Origin: the human T2T-CHM13v2.0 reference genome, Homo sapiens
Strand: one strand, 5' to 3'
DNA length: 64,000 bases
Assembly (NCBI RefSeq): GCF_009914755.1
Contig: NC_060934.1
The translations under genes were made by a program, and so were the position numbers. Within the stretch, counting starts at the first letter, position 1. Each line of letters opens with the position of its first letter. The notes beneath the pieces were generated by a model that saw only the letters and a program-made list of their open reading frames with translations, did not search any database and was not told where the DNA came from. Positions 31,667 to 48,807 of the stretch are shown here, one piece after another.

Positions 31667-31811
31667 ATTAGCCAGGTGTGGTGGCGCGTGCCTTTAATCC
31701 CAGCTACTCAGGAGGCTGAGGTGGGAGAATTGCTTGAACCCAGGCACAGAGGTTGCAGTGAACCAAGATCGCGCCACTGCACTCCAGCGTGGGCGACAGA
31801 ATGAGATTATT

Positions 31812-31843
<32 letters not shown>
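31667..31843 (+). mobile_element. 5'-truncated Alu (right arm)
   Basis: TSD aaaag(g/a)cctgtttca; long poly(A). Confidence 0.9.
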
Positions 31844-31846
<3 letters not shown>

Positions 31847-31887
31847 CCTGTTTCATGAGATTTTATGGCTTGTAGAAGTGACTTTCC

Positions 31888-32270
<383 letters not shown>

Positions 32271-32279
32271 TCAGGTACG

Positions 32280-33085
<806 letters not shown>

Positions 33086-33533
33086 GACTTCCAATTAATA
33101 TAAGACGTCTTTCTACTAAATCATGTAGTGACACCCTCTAAAAACATAGTTCTCAGCACTATATAATTCTTTAATATTCTTTGCCTTCCTTTTCTCTTGT
33201 ATATATGTATATGTTTACATTAGTATAGATATGAATATATATATTCACACCACATACACATACACCACACCCTTTGTAAATCTACATGCCTACAACCTTT
33301 TCTTACTAGTTTTAACCTCATTAGTTTAACCTCACAACTTTGCATTAAAATATATTGACTCAGTCTTCTCAAGGATACAATTTTCTGCTTGTTCCTTCAA
33401 TTTGCTATTCATATGGAAAATAGAGATAATGTAGATCTTAAAATTGCTACAGAAAGGGAAGCTGTCATTTTTAAACCTTGTATCATCAAAGCCTGACTTT
33501 GAAATTTCAGATTGAATATTAAGCTGTCTAGAG

Positions 33534-33666
33534 CAGTGATTCCTCACCCTGGCTACACTCTAGAATAAAATGTGGAGCTTTTAAAAAACATTTATGCCCT
33601 CCAACTCAATTGAATCAGAATCTCTCCACAGATTATTTTAATGTGCAGCCAGTTTGGAAATCACTG
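33534..33666. mobile_element. MER5-family MITE
   Basis: cagtgattcctcaccctggct...aatcagaatctct...gaaatcactg with terminal inverted repeats. Confidence 0.65.
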
Positions 33667-33690
33667 GTCTAGAGTTAGAGAAATAACCCC

Positions 33691-34020
<330 letters not shown>

Positions 34021-34160
34021 CTACTATTCCCCACTCCCTACCACCCACCCGCTATACCCAGGAAAACACAATAATTAACATTTAAAAGTGAGATAATGTC
34101 AGACAAAAGTCAGAATATACTAGGAAAGCCTATGCTTTGGGGCCAAATGTTTCTTTAGGG

Positions 34161-34379
34161 CAGCAGTTCTCAGTCCTGGATGACTGTGAGAATCACCTGG
34201 GGCTTTGTGGTTGGCAGACCCGCTGCATCAGCATCACCTGGAAGCTTGGTTGGAATGCAGACTCCCAGGCCCCACCCTACACCTGCCGAATGAGAAACTC
34301 TGGGGATGGGGGCCAGAAACCTGTGTTTTAACAGGCCCTCCAGAGGATTCTGAGGCCCAGTAAAGTTTGAGAATGACTG
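34161..34379. mobile_element. MER5A
   Basis: catcagcatcacctggaagcttg...ccaggccccaccc...aaagtttgagaatgactg. Confidence 0.8.
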
Positions 34380-34565
34380 ACCTACATTTGAAAAGATAAT
34401 AATAACTCTGTCTGAATTCCATCCCAGGTAAATTAACTCTGAGCAGGTGCCTAAAGCAGCAAGGTTCATTTGTCTTTTACAGTCTCCAGGTGATTCAAAT
34501 GTGCAACCAGCACAGTGACTACTGCTAAAACCACAGCAGATTTACTCAGAACTAGTTTTCCAAGT

Positions 34566-34728
34566 CAGTGATGCACTGGCAAATGTTTAATGACTGACAG
34601 GGGTGAGAAAGCCCTGATTTTTAGCATTTGCACCAATTTCAAGCTACTAAGAGAAAGTCATCGAATGGGTAGTTGAGATGTGCACTACCTGTTCTTCAAA
34701 GCCAGTGAACTGGCTCCAGCACACACTG
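34566..34728. mobile_element. MER63A-like hAT MITE
   Basis: Termini cagtgatgcactggcaaatgtttaa / ggctccagcacacactg. Confidence 0.65.
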
Positions 34729-34904
34729 CCAGAAATTGTCATTGCCAAAACTGCTTTCAAAAGTACTTGATACAGTATCTCAAGTTGGTTGTCTGGCATT
34801 TTATCTTAAGAATTCAAAATCCTTAATAATTTCTTTTATATTCCTTATAATGCAGAGTCTTTGTGTCCCAAAAGCAACACATATTTCCAAAGAACATAAA
34901 ACCA

Positions 34905-35210
34905 GCAAGGCGCTTGCCTGTAATTCTAGCACTTTTGGAGGCCAAGGCGGGCAAATTGCTTGAGCTCAGGAGTTTGAGACCAGCCTGGGCAACATGACGA
35001 GACCCCCAACTCTACAAAAAATATAAAAAATTGCTGGGTGTGGAGGCACGCACCTGTGGTCCCAGCTACTTGGGAGGCTAAGGCAGGAGGATCACTTGAA
35101 CTCAGGAGGTTGGGGCTACAGTGAGCCGTGATTGTGCCACTGTACTCCAGCCTAGGTGACAGAGTAAGACTCTGCCTAAAATAATTAAATAAATAAAAAT
35201 AGAATAAAGA
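34905..35210 (+). mobile_element. AluJ
   Basis: Alu body; TSD aaagaacata. Confidence 0.88.
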
Positions 35211-35537
35211 ACATATAATTAGTGGTCCTGAAGCACTGTGATCTCACTTATGGGTCTTCCCGTGGTTACTCATTCAACAGTAGATTCTCCTAAACATCAA
35301 AGTTTGACAGCCTTAATGACTTTATGCATATATGATTTTAAGACATTTTTGTTGCACTTTCTTTGTTAAAAAATAACTCTTTTGTGAAGAGAAATTCAAT
35401 AGACCATTGAATTCAATGGACCATTAAGGCAAATCACGTGATGCCTCTGTGACTCAGGTTCTATAAATGGAGAAACTGCTTCCAGTTTGATCTTTCTCCT
35501 TTTAGGAACAATAAAAGTCTAAGGCAAGGTTTATAAT

Positions 35538-35989
<452 letters not shown>

Positions 35990-36395
35990 TCTATAAAGGT
36001 TTGTTATCGCGAGAGAATGAGAAACCTCTCTGAGACACATCCGGCTTCTTTGTTAAGGTCGGCTCTAAAACAAGGCAGAGTGGAGAATACAGCATGTTCT
36101 CATGGAGAATTCAGCCCTTTTCAGTAACTCACACTGGCATGTAGCTCAGTGCCTTCTGTTCTGAAGCTGGGATACTTTCCTCTGGTCATCAGAACTTTGA
36201 GCACTGCCTACAAGAGAAACATTGTCTCTATTTCTCTTTTCCAATTTATAAACTCTTTGTTGCACAACTCCAAGGTCGCAATACAAAGAATACAGTGTGA
36301 AGGACGCCCTTGGAAAGAAGGAAAGACAAACTCACCAATTATTGATCAGCTGATTTCTTGCCACTCTGGTTGTGTGTTCTTTATCAACATCAAGT

Positions 36396-36792
<397 letters not shown>

Positions 36793-36878
36793 TAAACAGT
36801 CTGTCTGAACATTGTTTGAAAGGTGAGGCCAATAATAACACATTTCCTTCTCTCTCTCCACCCTTGTTTTGTGTACAG

Positions 36879-37469
36879 TGATTCCACTCAGTTACAACAG
36901 CTTCATAACCAAGTCTTACTGGAACAACACCAATTGCAAAACCCACCTCCTTCATCTCCTAAGGAGTTTCCTTTCAGCATGACTGTTTTGAACTCCAATG
37001 CTCCCCCAGCGGTGACAACATCCAGTAAGCAGGTGAAGGCTCCTTCATCACAGACGTTCAGCTTGGCCCGGCCGAAGTATTTCTTCCCCTCCACGAACAC
37101 CACCGCAGCAACTGTGGCCCCTTCCAGCTCTCCGGTGTTCACTTTGAGCAGCACTCCTCAAACTATTCAGAGGACAGTGAGCAAAGAAAGCCTCTTAGTG
37201 TCTCACCCCTCTGTGCAAACCAAATCTCCAGGAGGGCTTTCCATCCAAAATGAGCCACTCCCACCAGGCCCAACAGAACCAACACCACCACCATTCACAT
37301 TTTCCATCCCCAGGGGAAACCAGTTTCAGCCCCGCTGTGTGTCCCCAATTCCTGTCTCTCCTACCAGCCGGATTCAGAACCCAGTGGCTTTCCTCAGCTC
37401 TGTTCTGCCTTCTCTCCCTGCCATCCCACCCACAAATGCCATGGGGCTGCCTAGAAGTGCACCATCCAT
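36879..37469 (+). CDS. MYPN: MYPN exon 11 (Pro/Ser/Thr-rich, 591 nt, phase 2-2)
   Basis: gtgtacag|T GAT TCC...CCA TCC AT|gtaagt; inside ORF 36823..37473. Confidence 0.96.
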
Positions 37470-37665
37470 GTAAGTGTCATTGAGGTTTCTTGATGTAAGA
37501 TGCTAGTTAAGAGTCGATGTGCGCATTGAATAGCTTGATCTGAAACAGGGCTCTCATTTTGTGGATTCCTAGATAATCTTATTCTCTTAGACACAGAATG
37601 GATGTGGAACACTTCAGGACAAAGGGGATGATTACTTTGAATGATTATTAATAATTAAAATATCA

Positions 37666-37952
37666 GGCTAGTTGTGGTAACTCATGCCTGTAATCCCAGC
37701 ACTTTGGGAGGCCGAGGAAGGCAGATCACTTGAGTTCTGGTGTTTGACAGCAGCCTGGGCAACATGGTGAAACCCCCGTCTCTAGGAGAAGCACAAAAAA
37801 TTAGCTGGGCGTGTTGGTGCATGCCTGTAATCCCAGCTACTCAGGAGGCTGAGGCAGGAGAATCATTGAACCCAAGAGGCGGAGGTTGCAGTGAGCCGAG
37901 ATCACACCACTGCACTCCAGCCTGGATGACAGAGACTCTGTCTCAAAAAAAA
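37666..37952 (+). mobile_element. Alu
   Basis: Between exons 11 and 12. Confidence 0.9.
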
Positions 37953-38134
37953 ATTTTTTAAATTAAAGTATCAAAAAGACCTTTACAAATACCGATTCTC
38001 TGCACAGGGCTTAATTCCCTAAGTGCCTAATGACCGCTGGTTTCTGGTTGTCATTTCAACCACTCTGATTTCTAGGCCTTTTTACCCTGGCCAGTGCTTT
38101 TCATGGGTGTGTCAGGTGTGGATTTATCTTACAG

Positions 38135-38273
38135 GCCATCCCAGGGATTAGCGAAGAAAAATACAAAGTCTCCTCAACCAGTGAATGATGATAACATTCG
38201 TGAAACTAAGAACGCAGTGATTCGAGACTTGGGGAAAAAAATAACTTTCAGTGATGTCAGACCAAACCAGCAG
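38135..38273 (+). CDS. MYPN: MYPN exon 12
   Basis: tcttacag|G CCA TCC...CAG CAG|gtaaga; PSQGLAKKNTKSPQPVNDDNIRETKNAVIRDLGKKITFSDVRPNQQ. Confidence 0.96.
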
Positions 38274-38579
38274 GTAAGATTGTTGGATTCAGAAGGTTTA
38301 TTGAAATTTTATTGTAAGGAATTTAATTTTGCTTGATTCAGTCCTCGGATACTCAGGTAACCTCAGTGAGGCTGATGTTGCAGCTCAGATGGTAGAGCAC
38401 AGACTAACCAAAGGTCATGTGAGAAACCTGCCTGTGTGGATCTGCGGTTCGTAATTCTCCCAGTAGTTAACTCAGTTTACTTGTTTACATGTATTTACCC
38501 AGAATAGGATATATTAAAGAAGAGAGTAGACAATCTATTGCGCATCCCAGCAATCCTCACCTCAGTTTACAATCTAAAC

Positions 38580-38861
<282 letters not shown>

Positions 38862-38951
38862 TAGACTTTAAGGAATTCTGGGGTTCTAAGCTGTCTAATC
38901 TTCAATCTAATGTGCTTAAAAGTTTGATCACCAGTACCTCTCAATCCTTAT

Positions 38952-39006
38952 ATTAGGTTGAATCATGTGAAATAGCCATTAGGCAACATCCTGTTGTTCA
39001 TCCTAT
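38952..39006. mobile_element. MADE2-like mariner MITE, internally deleted
   Basis: attaggttgaatcatgtgaaatagcc...gttcatccta. Confidence 0.55.
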
Positions 39007-41243
39007 ACAACTCTTTGCTTTCTAGTAAATGCTTACACCAAAGGAAAAAGAGGAAAGCCACCTGTGAGCATCATTCAAACAAAAGAAAGATAGACTGAAC
39101 GTTTTCTTATTTGAGGCATTTATTTTTGCTTTTGAGAATCCAGTGGTTATTTTTAATGCAGGTTTACATTATAATAATCTAACTCTCGGTTTATTTCCCA
39201 AGATTGGAACTGATAAAAATATTACAAAATTTCAGTCAGTACAGTATGCCAAATATTGTGGAATTTGTGGACTCCTAGAAACAAAGCTCTCGACTTCCCA
39301 GACCATATGCTGTTTTCCTTAGTGTTTCTGTCTCTTACTTCCAGTGGAGCCATGGATATATAGTAATTTGCAATTGTGTTATATATTGAGCAACTTATAC
39401 TGAGTGGATTCTTTTGAAAATGTGCTTCTTAAAATCTTTTAAAAATTCACTTAAAATTATTAAGGAGAATATTTAAACTTGCCATAACTGAGTATACTTT
39501 TCATGGATTATTTCACCAAATTTCATCTATTTCTGGGAGGCAAATGCCAACGCTACTATTCTTCTCTTCCATCTTCTAGACAGAGAAACTAAGGCACAGG
39601 CTCAGTAGTGGAACTAGAACTAGAGCTATGGTTTCTAGGATACTGTCACATTTTCCCTGAAACGCTGCAGTGTTTTCAGTTTTACAGAACAGTTACCTTC
39701 AAGCTCTATACATGTTGCTCTGTCTAATGCAGATTTGTTTTCCTATAATACTGTCACCACACTTGTGGTTGTTAATCCTTCTAAGTGTCATTGTAATTAT
39801 AGCTGTATTCAGCCTATGTCTTTTACAACTCGGAGAGAGAGCAATTAGAGCCTTGTAAAAACAATGCTAGCTTGCACATACGCTGTTTGATTTTACTTTT
39901 ATAGTTACTCTGTAGGTAGATCCAGGATACCCCATTGCCCAGCTCAGGGGAAAGAAGGGTTTTTCTCTTAGTTACCTGACATGTGTGTACATGTAAACGT
40001 GAAATTCCACAAGTTGAATGCCATAAACCCAGTAGAAATCTCTCTTAAACCTCCATCATGAATTAACTTCTGGACTAATCGCAGGAACTAGGAAAGTCTC
40101 TAAAAGCACCTCAACACTCTCCTCTGAATATTTGTGACATATGTCATTCTCCTGAGAATTATTATTCTGAGAATTATTGCAGTTGGTTAATTACAGAATT
40201 GATCTTAGACTACATTCCATGCCATGGATAATGAAATCCAAGCTGCATAAATGAAATTTGGGAAACTGGGAGCTGTCTGAGATGGAATGCTTGCATTTGG
40301 ATGGCAGATGTTGACTCTGAGGAAGTTTTGGGAAATAAAATGATGATCATATTATAATATTGTTTTATCCATTGCTGTCTTCGGAAATGATAGTAAAAAC
40401 ATCATGAAGAACTGTCTAAAATATACTGTGACCCACGCTGGTGAAGTTAAGAAGAAAGTCAGCTTAGGAAAGTGTAAAAACACTAGACAAGCAGAGAAAG
40501 ATTATGAAGAGACCCCTGTGTATTGATAGTCGTCTAGGCCTGCAGTCCGGGGTCACAGGAATGAAAATAATCTGTGTTCTCATTCCCATATTAGCCTACA
40601 CATGTGGGAATGGGGTGCAAATGATTCCTTCGGAAGAGTATGCATTTGTTTTGCTTTGAAAACTTTTAGGTCCAGAAAGCTGGGTTCTCTTGCCCTATTT
40701 TAGTTCTAAGTAAATAAAGAATACACTGTCCTAGAACATTTGCATGATCTAGCATTAACACATTGTGCTGAGCATAAAAATAAATCAGAAGTCCTTGAAC
40801 AATGAATATTACTGACTATAAACAATTTTCTCCCCAGAACTCAAATTTATAAATTATGTTTTAAAATGTGTTTTCTTTGATGTATCTACCACTTTGTGTT
40901 TCTCTGTTGTGATAGTTCAGTCTTTGCCTTTTAACTCATCTTACGTATTTACAATTAGCAAGTAACATTTGTAGATTCTTAGAACCTTTTGAAATGAGAA
41001 GGTGCCATCCTTTCAGAGGCTCATATTTATTAAAATTTTTAGCTTTCTAAACTTACAACAAAGTGTCTTTGAGTTGGGGATGAGCCAAGAGAAAGGTTTC
41101 CTTATTTCTAGATTTTTAGCCTGCATCATTTGCTATTTTGAAGAGTACCATTCATCACCAGTGGATCTTGACTGGACATCAATAAATCCTAAATGGTTTA
41201 GGTTAGAATGGTGAATCTGAAAAGTCAAAGGAATCCAGGATCA

Positions 41244-41550
<307 letters not shown>

Positions 41551-42476
41551 TCACAAAGCATAATGGAGCTTTCATGACAAATGATTTTAATTCATACATG
41601 ACTTAGCATGAAGTTCTGCACCCAGTAAATATTTGTTGACTAGCTATGTTGACTGAGTGTTAATTTCTAATCTCCATTTCCCACCCCTCTACCCCCAGCT
41701 AATGTCTTATTCCAACTTTCCTCCTTGACCTCATTTCTCTGGAAACTTTCCCATCTCGTTATTTGGTCCTCTCACACCCCCTGCTTTTTATTATTATTAT
41801 TAATGTTTCTTTTAAACTATCTGCAGTTTCCAGATACTGCCCTACGTGACAGAGGAAAAAAAAATAAGTACCTCCTAATTTTTGTTCTGCCTTTTGTTCC
41901 TCTAATCTCCTTCTTCTCTGAACTGTTCTGTCAGTTCTTCTATTTAAGTCTTTCCTCTTTCATCTCTTACCATGAATTCTTTATGACAATCCTCTTTTGT
42001 GAGCCGTGAATAGTCATGCCATTCATTCCCTTTCTAACAAGAATTTCACATTGGCCTTACATTCTACTTTGTAAGGCCACTGGCTTTATGCTGCCCACTT
42101 TGGGCATTTCAGGACCTTGGCTGCTGGGATAGTGAAGTGTCTCTGTATCCTCTGCCATGGACCCACACAGAATGCACCAGTCAGGAGCAACCTGGGGGCT
42201 CAGACTGGGCGGTGTCTTGTTCATTGCTGCATCCCTGTTGTGCATGGTGCAGAGTAGGTGCTCAGTGAACATTGCTGAATCAACCCACGACTATGGGATT
42301 TACATTAGTTTCAGAAAAGGTAATAAAACTGTTAACCAAGTAGAAAAGTTTGGATTTGTTGCAAAACTATGGAAAATAGTTCACTTGACTATATAGATTC
42401 TGATTATACCTCATTATGGATACTACCCACTATGGTAACAATCCAACTTAATTAGCTGATTTTAAAAGATGAAAAC

Positions 42477-42676
42477 TTTTTTATTTTTTTGAGACAGAGT
42501 ATCACTCTGTCACCCAGGCTGGAGTGCAGTGGTGCGATCTCCACTCATTGCAGCCTTGACTTCTCGGGCTCAAGTGATCCTCCCACCTCAGCCCTACCCC
42601 CAGTGGCTGGGTCTACAGGTGCAAGCCACCACACCCTGCTTATTTGTAGTTTTTTTAATAGAGAGGAGGTTTCGCC
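42477..42676 (-). mobile_element. 5'-truncated AluJ
   Basis: TSD aagatgaaa. Confidence 0.88.
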
Positions 42677-43024
42677 AAGATGAAATCTTTTAAAAACACA
42701 CAGAAATTAAACAAAACTCTTGTGTTAACCAAACATTTAAGTATAAAGTAAATCTGTGCATCTTTTAATAATTCTTTATTCTTAAGTACAAAATTGGATT
42801 GAAAGTATTTTTAGGTAAGCTCCTTGAAGGTAGAGTCTGTGTTTTGCAGAATGTTGTATCCCCATTGTCTATCACAGTGTTTAGCACATAATAGGTACTT
42901 ACTAAGAATTTGGCAGCAGAGACAGGGTAGGCTATGATAACTAGTTATTTCTACTGAAGGCAACAAGTGATGTTAGATAAATGGCAAAATAAATTATCTT
43001 CTAGTTATGTTAACCTCCAAGTTT

Positions 43025-43297
43025 CTGTCACCCAGGCTGGAGTGCAGAATGCAGTGGCGCATTCTCTGCTCACTGCAACCTTCAGCTCCCAGGCTCAAGC
43101 AATTCTCCCACCTGAGACCTCCAAGTAGATGGGACTACAGGCACGTGCCACTACTCGTGGCTAATTTTTGTGTTATTTGTAGAGATAGGGTTTCACCATT
43201 TTGCCCAGGCTGGTCTTGAACTCCTGAGCTCAAGCGATCCACCCGCCTTAGCCTCCCAAAGTGCTAGGATTACAGGCGTGGGCCACTGTGCCCGGCC
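43025..43297 (-). mobile_element. Tailless Alu with intact TSD
   Basis: TSD acctccaagttt at 43013-43024 and 43299-43310; no poly(T). Confidence 0.9.
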
Positions 43298-44110
43298 TAC
43301 CTCCAAGTTTATCTAAGAATCCTTTCTTCTGTCTCTAAACTCTGTCTGTCTCTGGAAAGAAAAGGAGAACACTTTCTCTAACACACAGTGCTTTCTTTTA
43401 CTGCACATCATACCCAGAATCTGTTGGGAACACTTTGAGCAGGTCTTCTAGCTGGCTTGATCCTGTTTGATTATTTGCCCCTGAAGTCCAGGCTCAGGAC
43501 CCAGAGTAGAGAAAGCCCGCGGTGAGCTCAGGCAGTGACTGTTGGATCATGGCCCATACCTCAGCAGTGCCATATCCAATTAGGATGCATCATTACATTA
43601 TGGTTCGCAACAGAAAAACTGTCTCCACCAATTGGAAGGAACTGCCAATTTGAAGAAACTTTTTGCTGATGTGTCCCAGAAATCAAATGTTTCAAGTTGT
43701 CAATTTATCAGCCTGAAGAGGATTATCTTTTTTAAAAAAATGGTTATATTTTCAAGTGGCATATTCTTCTGAAGTAAATATTTTTAGCTTTTCATTTCCT
43801 TTCATAAAGCAACTCTAATTCTATGCAATTCATTAGCCTAGAGAGGATGGGTCATTTCTCATTGATTTAATTTCTATAACACCCAGATTTACACAGAAAA
43901 AATATTCTTTCCTTTGAGTGTAGACGTCATCTATGAGCAGCTAACACAAAAACTCCTGTTTTTACTCACAAAGGAGATGAGGCAAGGGAAAATGGAGAAC
44001 ACGGCATAAACCCAGTACTGGACATTTAAAATGGACATTTACAAACAGTGGATTGATAGTGAAACATTTGTGCAGAACAGTGCAGAAAATACCTTTACAT
44101 TTAATTTTAA

Positions 44111-44414
<304 letters not shown>

Positions 44415-45020
44415 TGATTCCTTCCTTTCTTGATCTTGAAAGGACCTAAGCTGATGCCACATTGACTTTGTTTTGTCTGTGGCCTACAGATGCATGATGG
44501 GAACCACAGCACACCCTCTGCCCTGACACACTGTCAAGGCAGCCTTCCACTTTGCCCATCAGCAAAAAGCCAAGCTTGCTCCTCACTCTTTAGATTTCTC
44601 AGGCAGGGGGCAGATGGCAAACCCCTGTGTCCTCCTAACTGTAGGAGGCATAGCAAGCTCTCCAAGCTCTCCGATGGACCCTGGACCCTCTCCAAGAGGG
44701 TCCATTTAATCTCCCTCGCTAAACTTGAGGTGAAACAAGTACCCCAGGGTTAGGGGTGGAGGTAGGCATCTCACAGACATTAATGGCTCTCTCCAAAGTC
44801 CTCTTGCTGGGTCTTCTCCCTCCTGACTCTTGAGTCTGTGATGAAGGTAAAAGGTTGAAATCATCTAAGCTGTCCTTAAGCACCTGCTTTGAAATTTCTG
44901 AATAATAATGTGTCTCAAAAGTCACTTGTTTTCTGATATCTAGCCCATCTTGGTGCCTCAGTAGAAACTTCTGATTACAATCTAGTTACAAGTGTATCCT
45001 CACTACCTGGTTACTAATGT

Positions 45021-45598
<578 letters not shown>

Positions 45599-45970
45599 CT
45601 CTAATAGTATATTTTTAAAAACTCATTGAGTTCTCTGTTTTCATGACCTCTCAACTTGGAGTACTGGTTAAGATAATAAATTTATAGCCAAGTGTGTATT
45701 TACTATACACATTTATAGTCAAATAAAATGCACATATTTTCATCATATTGCTTCTGTAGTTCCTTTGGCTAAATCAATTCAAACATTTAAATTCTGTAAA
45801 ATCAGGCCCCAACTTAAAATCAAGTTCCTAAAATTGTTTGTTTGGAATACATAGAGACAATGTGGTATTTATATTCTCAGGCAGGTGCTTAAAGCTATAT
45901 ATAACCCATTGTATTTCTGAAGTATAAGTATAATCATAACTTACCACCATGTATAATAATATTTCTCTGC

Positions 45971-46264
<294 letters not shown>

Positions 46265-46532
46265 TTATTTGGAAAAAAAAATAGTTCATAATACAGAATT
46301 TCAGGAATTCATCTTTCCCTGTAATAACTCTAACAGTGTAGTTAGCCAAGAACTTACCAGTTCTCCCCAGTCAGGCAATAGAAGCTGCAGAAAAGGTTCT
46401 TTAGCTTGTAGCAAGAACTCTGTTAGAATAGGGGCTAGAGGTGGTATGGATGGATTGGAAATTTGAGGACATAATAAAACAAGATAAGAAGCCATAGAAG
46501 GTTAAGACCTCTTGCTTATTGAAAACCCCCAA

Positions 46533-46830
46533 AGGCCAGGTACAGTGGCTTAGGCCTGTAATCCCAACACTCTGGGAAGCCAAAGTGGGAGGATTGCTTG
46601 AGCCCAGTTCAAGACCAGCCTGGGCAATATAGGGAGACCTCATCCCTAGAAAAAAAATTAAAAATTAGCTGGGCATGATGGTGCATACCTGTGGTCTCTG
46701 CTACTTGGGAGGCCAAGATGGGAGGACTGCTTGAACCCAGGGAGTTGAGGCTACAGTGAGCTGTGATCATGTCATTGCACTCCAGCCTGGGTGACAGAGT
46801 GAGAACCCTGTCTCAAAAAGAAAAAAAAGA
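46533..46830 (+). mobile_element. AluJ
   Basis: Alu body. Confidence 0.9.
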
Positions 46831-47179
46831 AAATCCCTCAGAATACTTCTCCATTTTGGGCTGGCTCCTTGGTTACTCCCTTTATTTTATTCTATAGACC
46901 TCAGGGACTGGTATTCTTGTTTCTCTTCATCCATCAAGTTTTTCTTTTGTTCCTGGTAATTTGGATTCAGATACGTAATATCCTGATACAAAGCAAGCAA
47001 AGCCTTTGTAAAGGTTTTCAGGAATAACTGGAAACAGACTATGTGAGAGTAAAAAGAGTCTGATATCCACCTTGATATGCCCTTTTCTTCACATAGTCCC
47101 ATAGGAACAAGGGCCATTCGTAGAGAATTGGTAAAAGGATCGGATGCATGAATGACCCAAATAAGATTTACCAGAGTAA

Positions 47180-47413
<234 letters not shown>

Positions 47414-47818
47414 TAAGGAACTGTGGCAGGACATGGAAATGAGATAGGAGCAGAGGAAACAGGAATGGAATGAGGGCGGGCAGCAGACAACAGCAGGGTT
47501 GGGTCTGGGGAAACAGCTGCAGCCCCAGTGTCAGGGAAGGGACAGGTTGGGAGACGAAGCCTTGGAGCTTTCCCTTCTGACTTTCGGTGCCTGTGCCCTG
47601 TCCTTGGCTGGCCAGCACTAACCAGTCCTGGGAGTATGCTGAGAAGTGGGGGCTGGAAATGGGAGGTGGAGGACCAGGATCTGTAGCATCGAGAGAGGAA
47701 AGAGGAGAATCTCTGGTGGGTGAAAAGGAAACATCTGAAGCCACACAGCCTCCCCATTCCTGTTAACCATTTAAGGGTGGATGGCTATAACTTGGTGATG
47801 ATGGAAACTGGGACTTCC

Positions 47819-47928
47819 GGCCGGGCGTGCTCAAGCCTGTAATCCCAACACTTTGGGAGGCCAGGGCAGGTGGATTGCTTGAGCTCAGGAGTTCAAGACC
47901 AGCCTGGGCAACATGGTGAAACCCCGTC
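47819..47928 (+). mobile_element. FLAM/left Alu monomer
   Basis: Monomer followed by purine tract; TSD gaaactgggacttc. Confidence 0.88.
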
Positions 47929-48073
47929 AGAAAGAAGGAGGGAGGGAGGGAGGGAAGGAGGGAAGGAGGGAAGGAGGGAAGGAGGGAAGGAAGGGAGGAA
48001 GGGAAGAAGTGAAAAGAAAAGAAAGGAAAGGAAAGGAAAGGAAAAAAGAAAAGAGAAAAAAAGAAAGAAAGAA
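47929..48073 (+). repeat. Polypurine (GGGA/GGAA/GAAAA)n tract
   Basis: About 145 nt, only one pyrimidine. Confidence 0.95.
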
Positions 48074-48726
48074 ACTGGGACTTCTGCTTGCTTTAGTCTT
48101 TGTTTCTGAAAAATGAACAGAAAACTCTGAAAAGCACAGATTAGCTTTTAGAAAACAATAACATTTTCTTTATGATTTACCCATAGCAAGAGTCCCCAGC
48201 TAATTCCCTAGTGGGGGCCTCCAGGGTGGGTGCCATCCACATACCCTCCCCAACACCCCCTGCCACGTACAGGCTCAGTCAGCACCTCTAGGCACTCCTC
48301 CTTATGAGCACAGGCACCCAGTCCACACCCCTCCCCACCAATGATCACAGAGCCTGAAATAAATGGAGAACAGCCACCCTCATGAAAAGTTTGGGGTCTA
48401 GGATCTGCATGTGGAGTGAGAACTATGTGAATTATTCATTTTGAATGTAATTTGAAAATAGTAAATAATAAAATGTAGCACCTATCTCACATGGTAAGGG
48501 AATAAAATGATTTATTGGTTTACTTCTAAACATCCTGGAAAATAAACCCAAATTTATTAAAAAGAAAAGTAATATCAATTTAGAATCATATCAATTTAGA
48601 ATCATGAATACAATCCAACAAAGAAAAAAAATATCCTGGTGTAATTTTAAACTGGCAAGTCTAGAAAATACTTCAAACTTGTGAGACCATTTAATATATT
48701 TCTGGAAAATGTAGTCATTGTGAAGA

Positions 48727-48807
48727 ATTAGGCTGAATCATATGAAACTTCTGATAGTCTACAATTGTTGACCTACAAAAATGTCAGTTTCACATGGTTC
48801 TACCTAA
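48727..48807. mobile_element. MADE2 mariner MITE (hairpin)
   Basis: ttaggctgaatcatatgaaa ... tttcacatggttctacctaa inverted termini, about 80 bp. Confidence 0.75.

Noticed and set aside
48572-48605. Short tandem duplications (also near 33307, 35393, 40152, 62743)
   Set aside because: Ordinary 14-18 bp slippage duplications with no unique spacers; not an array or CRISPR-like structure
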